32,370 bases of DNA, from positions 1-32,370 of the forward strand of contig MHUZ01000012.1 in NCBI GenBank assembly GCA_001823605.1, given 5' to 3'. The position numbers and the translations under genes were made by a program. The first letter of the stretch is position 1, and the number at the start of each line of letters is the position of its first letter. Under the pieces are notes generated by a model. That model ran no database searches and had not been told where the DNA came from. It saw nothing but the letters and a program-made list of their open reading frames with translations. This DNA is from Candidatus Yonathbacteria bacterium RIFOXYD1_FULL_52_36. Its GTDB lineage: Bacteria; Patescibacteriota; Minisyncoccia; Phycocordibacterales; UBA1539_B. Of this stretch, positions 21,986-27,885 are shown piece by piece.

Positions 21986-22444
21986 TTACCAGTACCATCC
22001 ACCATAGTGCTCTTGTCGTGGTGCCCATGGGTCATAGACTGGCCGGTATCGGCCGGGGGAGTATTCGTGGTAGTAGCCACTATTGGTTTCCCAATTGCCA
22101 CGCGGACGGTCACGGTCGTAACCACCATGATGACGGGGCCGATAATGATCATTCCCACCACCCCATCTGTCGTCATAACGAGGTGGTCGACCATAATCGC
22201 GTCCACCACCGCCGCCATGACCAGAACCGCCGCCGTAACCACCACCCGAAGGACCGTTAGGTGGATTCACCGGACCGCCGCCGTAGTTGCCACAATTTTG
22301 ACAACCGCCGCCGTATCCGCTGCCGCCTCGGTCATTACCGCGCCAGTCGTTACCGCCCCAACCTCGCCCTCCTGCTTGCGCAGAAAGTGGGCCGAGTGCA
22401 ATGACCAGTGCAGCAATTACTGCCGCTATTTTGTTGGTTTTCAT
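21986..22444 (-). CDS. Secreted Gly/Arg/Tyr-rich low-complexity protein
   Basis: Start at MKTNKIAAVIAALVIALGPLSAQA (signal peptide, AQA cleavage motif), with AAGGAAGG about 7 nt upstream. The mature 128 aa contain 40 Gly by hand count. Track ORF extends to 22651. Confidence 0.8.
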   Translation of the reverse strand: MKTNKIAAVIAALVIALGPLSAQAGGRGWGGNDWRGNDRGGSGYGGGCQNCGNYGGGPVNPPNGPSGGGYGGGSGHGGGGGRDYGRPPRYDDRWGGGNDHYRPRHHGGYDRDRPRGNWETNSGYYHEYSPGRYRPVYDPWAPRQEHYGGWYW

Positions 22445-22556
22445 ACCACACCTTCCTTTCCCGCCATGCGGGAAGTTTGTTTTGGGGGAATTCCCTAAAA
22501 AGATGTAGTAGATGATGCGCCCGAGGGCGCACTGCCTCTCCGGCAGATCTGACATA

Positions 22557-22585
22557 GTTGTATAACAGAAACGATGAGTTGTCAA
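22557..22585 (-). promoter_or_regulatory. Promoter for the Gly/Arg/Tyr-rich protein gene
   Basis: Minus strand: TTGACA (22585-22580), 17 nt, TACAAC (22562-22557). The predicted 5' UTR of about 105 nt contains three short GC hairpins. Confidence 0.5.
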
Positions 22586-22628
22586 TGAACTGCTCGTTCG
22601 CGTGCCATGATACAATTGCACATACGAT

Positions 22629-24317
22629 ATGCCGCAATTCGACGACCGCAAGCAAGATCAGGACCTCAAAGACATTCGCCTGCGCGAAGAAGAGAGTCTT
22701 GCCGAGCTTCTCTCACACAAGTACGGCATCCCCTATCTCAACACCTCGGGTGTCCCCATCGAAACAGAAGCGGTGGGTCTCATCAAGGAAGACGAAGCGC
22801 GTGCGGCACTTGTCGCTATCTTTTCAACCGGCGAGAACAAACAAGAAAAGGAACTGAATGTTGCCGTTGTTTCTCCTGAGGGCGCTGCCACCAAAGAACT
22901 TCTCGATCGTCTGCGTGAGCAGGGGTATCGCCTTTCCGTATCAATGGCATCGCACGCAAGTCTTGAGCGCGTGTGGGACCGCTACCATGATATTTCAAAC
23001 ACGTCCCGTACCGACGCAGGAGTGCTTGATGTTTCGAGCGAAGAACTCGCACGCCTTTCAGGAAACGTAAAGACAGCAGACGACATCAAGACGCTTTTGG
23101 AAGAGACACTCGCTCAAAAAAACGTGCACCACATCTCAAAAGTGCTCGAGGTGATGCTCGCCGGCGCAATTGCGATCAAGGCTTCCGATATTCACATTGA
23201 GCCGGAAGAAGTGAATGTACGTCTGCGCTATCGTCTTGACGGTGTTCTCCACGACATTGCGATGATCGACCACAAGACGTACAAGCTTGCGCTTTCCCGC
23301 CTAAAATTGCTCTCGGGGCTCAAGCTCAATGTTTCTGCCGACACCCAAGATGGTCGTTTCAGTATTAAATTGGGCGATGTCGACATCGAGATCCGTACCT
23401 CGATCCTTCCTTCTGCGTATGGCGAAGGCATCGTAATGCGTATCTTAAACCCTGAGTCCATCAAGGTGACGCTCGATCAACTGGGTATCGAGCCGACACT
23501 GCTTGAGATCTTGCTTCGCGAGATCACCAAACCGAACGGCATGATCCTCACCACGGGACCAACAGGATCCGGAAAAACCACGACACTCTATGCATTCTTG
23601 CGAAAGATCTACTCGCCTGAGATCAAGGTCGTTACCATCGAAGATCCGATCGAATACCACCTTGCCGGCATCTCGCAGACCCAAGTGAACGAAGGGAGCA
23701 ACTACACGTTCCTCTCAGGGCTCCGCGCAGCACTTCGCCAAGATCCGGACGTTATCATGGTTGGAGAAATTCGTGATAGTGAGACCGCGCAGATCGCGAT
23801 CAACGCATCACTCACGGGACACCTCGTGCTTTCAACACTTCACACCAACAACGCCGCCGGTACGATCCCACGTCTTATTGATCTCAAAGTGAACCCCAAA
23901 GTTATTGGCTCTGCACTTTCGGTCTCGATCGCACAGCGTCTTTTGCGCCGGCTCTGCTCCTCATGCAAAACCGAAAGCACGCCCACTGAAGAAGAGCGTG
24001 CCACGATCGGGCGCATCTTAAAGGGTGTCATGCAGAAAAAAGGAGCAGTGCCCGAAATTGGCAACCTCTCCATTGCAAAGGGGTGTGTGGTCTGTAACGG
24101 ATCAGGATACAAAGGCCGTGTAGGCATTTACGAAGCGATCCTTATTGATGAGGCCATTGAAAAATTGATCGCCGAAAACCCTAGCGAGCGTGAGATCAAA
24201 GAAGCCGCAATCCCCCAGGGTATCCTCGATATGCGCGAAGACGGTATCGTAAAGATCCTTGCGGGCATGACGTCGTTCGAGGAGTTGTCGCGAACAATCG
24301 ATCTGGACGAACGTTAA
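22629..24317 (+). CDS. pilB: Type IV pilus / type II secretion assembly ATPase (PilB/GspE family)
   Basis: 562 aa. Walker A TGPTGSGKTTT, Asp box/Walker B DPDVIMVGEIRD, His box GHLVLSTLHTN, tetracysteine CSSC...CVVC followed by GYKGRVGIYE. Confidence 0.92.
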   Translation: MPQFDDRKQDQDLKDIRLREEESLAELLSHKYGIPYLNTSGVPIETEAVGLIKEDEARAALVAIFSTGENKQEKELNVAVVSPEGAATKELLDRLREQGYRLSVSMASHASLERVWDRYHDISNTSRTDAGVLDVSSEELARLSGNVKTADDIKTLLEETLAQKNVHHISKVLEVMLAGAIAIKASDIHIEPEEVNVRLRYRLDGVLHDIAMIDHKTYKLALSRLKLLSGLKLNVSADTQDGRFSIKLGDVDIEIRTSILPSAYGEGIVMRILNPESIKVTLDQLGIEPTLLEILLREITKPNGMILTTGPTGSGKTTTLYAFLRKIYSPEIKVVTIEDPIEYHLAGISQTQVNEGSNYTFLSGLRAALRQDPDVIMVGEIRDSETAQIAINASLTGHLVLSTLHTNNAAGTIPRLIDLKVNPKVIGSALSVSIAQRLLRRLCSSCKTESTPTEEERATIGRILKGVMQKKGAVPEIGNLSIAKGCVVCNGSGYKGRVGIYEAILIDEAIEKLIAENPSEREIKEAAIPQGILDMREDGIVKILAGMTSFEELSRTIDLDER

Positions 24318-24329
24318 AAATAGAACAGA

Positions 24330-24383
24330 AAAAGGCGCTGAGTTGATGATACTGTGCACAGTATCATCAACTCAGCGCCTTTT
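24330..24383 (+). terminator. 54-nt perfect palindrome (27-nt arms) after pilB
   Basis: aaaaggcgctgagttgatgatactgtg / cacagtatcatcaactcagcgcctttt, starting 13 nt after the pilB stop. Confidence 0.6.
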
Positions 24384-24393
24384 GAATCGAGCA

Positions 24394-24544
24394 CATAAAC
24401 CTCTGAGCGATCCTTTTCATACAAGTACGAAAAGGTAGAGGCCTTTTTAAGGATAACCCCAGAATGATTCTTGCGAACCATCCAGAATGTCCTCAAAAAA
24501 CATCAGTAAGCCCGGGAGGACTTAATCGCTTAGAGGTTTATATG
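24394..24544 (+). ncRNA. Candidate structured RNA (~150 nt, nested hairpins), class unknown
   Basis: Closing stem cataaacctctgagcgat (24394-24411) / atcgcttagaggtttatatg (24525-24544); its one non-Watson-Crick pair is G-U only on the plus strand. Internal hairpins ccttttc/gaaaagg (24412-24435) and gtcctc/gaggac (24489-24521). No convincing ORF. Confidence 0.3.
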
Positions 24545-24706
24545 CTGGATTTCAATGTGCGTACTACCATAAGCAGTGCCGTGCTCCCCGAATTTTCGAA
24601 AAAAGAAACTGCCACCCTATGATGAGGGTGCATCTCTTTTTTTGAGAGGAGCTCCTGACCTACGCGCTTATATTGGTATCTTAGCATAAAAGAAAAATTA
24701 TGTCAA

Positions 24707-24774
24707 CCCCCTCCCCAAAAGGGGCGCGATACCCTCCCTCCACGGTCTCCCATTTCTAGCGTATACTAAGAATC
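24707..24774 (+). promoter_or_regulatory. C-rich element plus leaderless-type promoter of ruvB
   Basis: ccccctccccaaaaggggcgcgataccctccctccacggtctcccatttc, then TATACT (24762-24767), 7 nt, ATG 24775. Confidence 0.45.
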
Positions 24775-25803
24775 ATGCTCGATCCTCAACCGTCCCCAAA
24801 ACCATCCGAGATCCGCAAAGAAACGGCATTTTTGGACCAAACGCTTCGCCCCGAGGCGTGGCACGAATACATCGGCCAAGAAAAGATCAAGGAAAACTTG
24901 AAGATCCTCCTCACTGCCGCAAAAGAGCGCTCCCATCCGGCAGAACACCTTCTTTTTTATGGTCCCCCCGGGCTCGGCAAAACAACTATTTCACACTTGA
25001 TTGCACGCGAGATGGGTTCACAGATCCGCTCTACATCCGGTCCTGCAATTGAGAAGGTGGGCGACCTTGCGTCGATCCTTACCAACCTTTCGCCGGGCGA
25101 CGTACTTTTCATCGACGAGATCCACCGGCTCAATAAACTGATCGAGGAAGTCCTCTACCCCGCCATGGAGTCGGGGTCGCTCGATATTATCATCGGTAAG
25201 GGTCCTTCGGCGCGCACAATCCAGCTCGAGCTCCCGCCATTCACCCTTATTGCCGCCACCACGCGCATTGCGCTTCTTTCATCCCCACTCCGCTCGCGCT
25301 TTTCTGGTGGTGTCTTCCGTCTTGAGTTCTACACCGAGGAAGAGATCGAGCGGATCGTGAAACGTTCAGCAACGATCCTTGGTATTGAGATCGAGGATGC
25401 GGCGGCGCGCGAGATCGCACAGCGCAGCCGCTATACGCCCCGCACCGCAAACTATTTTCTAAAACGGTGCCGCGACTTTGCCCAGGTCACTCGTGGCACA
25501 CTGACGAGCGACGTGGTGTCAAAAGCGCTTGATCTCCTCGAGATCGATCAGGCAGGGCTCTCTGCGCTTGATCGCGCGATCCTCCGTACGATCATAAAGA
25601 ATTTCAACGGCGGCCCGGTAGGACTGGGGACGATCGCCGCCGCACTCTCTGAAGATGAGGCAACAGTTGAAGAAGTGAACGAGCCCTACCTGATGCAATT
25701 AGGGCTTCTTGAGCGCACACCACGCGGGCGCGTCGCCACCAAGCGCGCGTATGAACATTTGGGAATCCCCTTTCCTGAGAGTCGCACCGAAAAACTTCTG
25801 TAA
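24775..25803 (+). CDS. ruvB: Holliday junction DNA helicase RuvB
   Basis: 342 aa. Walker [10 protein letters not shown], Walker [15 protein letters not shown] sensor, C-terminal winged-helix region [17 protein letters not shown]. Confidence 0.95.
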   Translation: MLDPQPSPKPSEIRKETAFLDQTLRPEAWHEYIGQEKIKENLKILLTAAKERSHPAEHLLFYGPPGLGKTTISHLIAREMGSQIRSTSGPAIEKVGDLASILTNLSPGDVLFIDEIHRLNKLIEEVLYPAMESGSLDIIIGKGPSARTIQLELPPFTLIAATTRIALLSSPLRSRFSGGVFRLEFYTEEEIERIVKRSATILGIEIEDAAAREIAQRSRYTPRTANYFLKRCRDFAQVTRGTLTSDVVSKALDLLEIDQAGLSALDRAILRTIIKNFNGGPVGLGTIAAALSEDEATVEEVNEPYLMQLGLLERTPRGRVATKRAYEHLGIPFPESRTEKLL

Positions 25804-25818
25804 CGCGCCAAAAACAAA

Positions 25819-25838
25819 CCCCCGCACATGTGCGGGGG
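25819..25838. terminator. GC-rich hairpin between convergent genes
   Basis: cccccgcaca-tgtgcggggg. The T-run is on the minus-strand side (tttgttttt), so it mainly serves the 25856-26383 gene. Confidence 0.6.
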
Positions 25839-25855
25839 GGGGTGATCGTACGTAT

Positions 25856-26383
25856 TTAGAAGTAGAGGTACGGCTCGATGACCGCGCGCTCTACGGTTGG
25901 CGTGTAGCAGAACAGCCAAAATACGGCGAACTGCACAAAGAACGGTACGGTCGCATCACCCAAAACAGGATTTTGCACCGCCATAACCCCAACAGCAATG
26001 AGTGTTACGGTGAGGAGCACTCTCCATAGTCGTGCGAGGAACGTTTCGCGATATGCCTGAGTGATCACGAGCGCTTGATTTGAGATTGTTGTTTTCCGTG
26101 CGTATGTCACATGCGCATCGGGACGATATGCGTACTCGCCCACAAACTCAGCAAATCCCGCCAAAACCACGCTTCCCACACCCCATAGCACAAACATCAC
26201 AAGGAGCTGCATAGATCCATCTTGCGCCGCCGCCCAAACACCCCACGGACACATGGTGACCACTGAGAGCAGTAGCAATCTGGCGCCAAATGAAAAATTG
26301 CTCATTCCCTTCCCCCACGCCGCCATGACCGCAAGCGGTGTAACCACAAAACGTGTAACGGCTCGATCGAGACAAGTAATCAC
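25856..26383 (-). CDS. Hypothetical multi-pass membrane protein
   Basis: GTG at 26383 preceded by AGGAGG with 6-nt spacing. About 175 aa with at least four hydrophobic helices. No recognisable motif. The track start at 26449 has no RBS. Confidence 0.6.
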   Translation of the reverse strand: MITCLDRAVTRFVVTPLAVMAAWGKGMSNFSFGARLLLLSVVTMCPWGVWAAAQDGSMQLLVMFVLWGVGSVVLAGFAEFVGEYAYRPDAHVTYARKTTISNQALVITQAYRETFLARLWRVLLTVTLIAVGVMAVQNPVLGDATVPFFVQFAVFWLFCYTPTVERAVIEPYLYF

Positions 26384-26453
26384 AGCGCACCTCCTTTTTG
26401 CATGGTTGAATCTGTCGCTATCCTGACACGTGCATATGTTCCATGTCAACGTG

Positions 26454-26489
26454 GCGCTTTAGATAAAAAAATACGCTATACTCCATGGT
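26454..26489 (+). promoter_or_regulatory. Leaderless-type promoter of yebC-ruvC
   Basis: TATACT (26477-26482), 7 nt, ATG 26490. Same geometry as ruvB. Confidence 0.45.
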
Positions 26490-27032
26490 ATGTCCGGACA
26501 CAATAAATGGTCACAGATCAAACGCCAAAAAGGCGCCACCGATGCAAAGAAGAGCAAGATCTTCGGCAAATACGCGCGCTTGATCACCCTTGAATCAAAG
26601 AAGTCGAATGGCAATGTGAGTGACCCCGCCCTTCGTTCAGTCATCGAAAAAGCAAAAGCGGCAAACATGCCTGCAGACAATATTGAGCGTGCCGTCAAAA
26701 AAGGCTTGGGGAGTGATGCGGGCAACATGGAACCCGTCCTCTACGAAGCATACGGACCAGGTGGATCAGCACTCGTGGTCGAGGGGCTCACCGACAACAA
26801 GAACCGCACTGCGCAAGATATCAAACACATCCTATCGAAGAATGGTTCCGCACTTGCCGCACCCGGCTCGGCAACATGGGCGTTTACCCACACGTCCGAT
26901 GGGTGGGAGCCGCAAAATGAGCTCGCGCTCTCCCCAGAAGATGCTTCCGCACTCGAAAACCTTATCGACGCACTCGAGGAGAACGACGACGTGCAGGACG
27001 TGTACACGAACGCAACCTTCCCTGACGTATGA
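26490..27032 (+). CDS. yebC: YebC/PmpR-family protein, short (180 aa) form
   Basis: MSGHNKWSQIKRQKGATDAKKSKIFGKYARLI..., YEAYGPGGSALVVEGLTDNKNRT, C-terminal LIDALEENDDVQDVYTN. About 60 residues of the usual middle domain are absent relative to E. coli YebC as I recall it. Confidence 0.88.
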   Translation: MSGHNKWSQIKRQKGATDAKKSKIFGKYARLITLESKKSNGNVSDPALRSVIEKAKAANMPADNIERAVKKGLGSDAGNMEPVLYEAYGPGGSALVVEGLTDNKNRTAQDIKHILSKNGSALAAPGSATWAFTHTSDGWEPQNELALSPEDASALENLIDALEENDDVQDVYTNATFPDV

Positions 27033-27523
27033 GGATCCTTGCTATAGATCCGGGATTCGAGCGCATGGGAGTTGCTATTGTGTCGCGTGAACAAGGGCGC
27101 GAGGAACTTGTATACTCGGCATGCGTGCAAACATCGGCAAAACTTCCTTTCCCTGAACGTCTCAAGCTTCTGGGTGATGCGATCGATGAGCTCGTTTTGA
27201 ATCATCACCCCGAAGCCGTCGCACTCGAAACACTTTTTTTTGGAAAGAACGAAAAGACCGCATCGAAGGTCGCTGAAGTCCGTGGGATGCTTCTCTACAA
27301 AGCAACGGTCTTGGGACTTCCTGTCCATGAATACACACCAATGCAGGTAAAGGTTGCTGTAGCGGGATATGGTAAAGCAGACAAGGTGCAGGTCGCGACC
27401 ATGGTGCGCTCAATTCTTAAAACAAGCTTGGAAAATAAGCTTGATGATGAGATGGACGCGATCGCGATCGGCCTCACCCACTTCGCCCACGCAGGGCTCG
27501 TTGGCCGAGTTTCCCACCACTAA
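27029..27523 (+). CDS. ruvC: Crossover junction endodeoxyribonuclease RuvC
   Basis: MRILAIDPGFERMGVAIV..., ALETLFFGKN, typical RuvC length (164 aa). ATGA overlap with yebC. Confidence 0.92.
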   Translation: MRILAIDPGFERMGVAIVSREQGREELVYSACVQTSAKLPFPERLKLLGDAIDELVLNHHPEAVALETLFFGKNEKTASKVAEVRGMLLYKATVLGLPVHEYTPMQVKVAVAGYGKADKVQVATMVRSILKTSLENKLDDEMDAIAIGLTHFAHAGLVGRVSHH

Positions 27524-27626
27524 TCCACGGTTTTTCCACAGGTTATACAGAGCTCTGTTGTTTTTTGAAAATGTTTCTGGTACAACTATGGAACCTTTAT
27601 CGGGATAATTTATTTTCTGCGATCGT

Positions 27627-27803
27627 ATGAGCTTTGATGAGGAAAAAGACCACGGAGAAGAAGAGTTCGAAATGACGGACGAAAGCCTTGATGAACTTGA
27701 TGAAGCGTTTGATGAAGATGACCTCGACGAAGATGAAGATGATCCTGCCGCGGAAGAAGAGGAGGAGGCAGACACGTTTGGATTCGGAGGGGACGAATCC
27801 TAG
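27627..27803 (+). CDS. Hyper-acidic 58-aa protein (below the ORF-track cutoff)
   Basis: MSFDEEKDHGEEEFEMTDESLDELDEAFDEDDLDEDEDDPAAEEEEEADTFGFGGDES*. 32 of 58 residues are D/E (hand count). GATAAT lies at 27603-27608. A plus-orientation terminator follows. The Ser-rich antisense ORF 27410..27775 would run into ruvC. Confidence 0.5.
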   Translation: MSFDEEKDHGEEEFEMTDESLDELDEAFDEDDLDEDEDDPAAEEEEEADTFGFGGDES

Positions 27804-27826
27804 TCGCTGCTCTTGGTAGTCGCAAA

Positions 27827-27864
27827 GAAAAGCCCTCAGGGATTTCCCTGAGGGCTTTTCTTTT
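27827..27864. terminator. Bidirectional terminator (acidic ORF / tyrS)
   Basis: aaaagccctcaggg-attt-ccctgagggctttt followed by cttttg. Confidence 0.75.
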
Positions 27865-27885
27865 GTGATGCTCTATTATGTATCG

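Noticed and set aside
21794-22498. 234-aa plus-strand Thr/Val/Ala-rich ORF opposite the Gly/Arg/Tyr protein gene
   Set aside because: It has no promoter, RBS or signal features. The minus frame has a promoter, SD, signal peptide and terminator, and shares motifs with neighbouring genes.
24384-24774. RNase P RNA on the minus strand (aagtcctcccgggcttac resembles the P4 strands GAAAGUCCGGGCU / CCCGGCUUA)
   Set aside because: Whichever P4 strand it represented, the remaining roughly 300 nt of a bacterial RNase P RNA would have to extend into pilB or ruvB. No second P4 strand or other conserved regions were found.
26741-27328. 195-aa ORF antisense to yebC/ruvC
   Set aside because: Shadow ORF of two well-supported genes.
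27410-27775. 121-aa poly-Ser ORF on the minus strand
   Set aside because: It is the antisense reading of the GAx-rich acidic ORF. It would overlap the ruvC 3' end by more than 100 nt and would start immediately after a terminator without a promoter.
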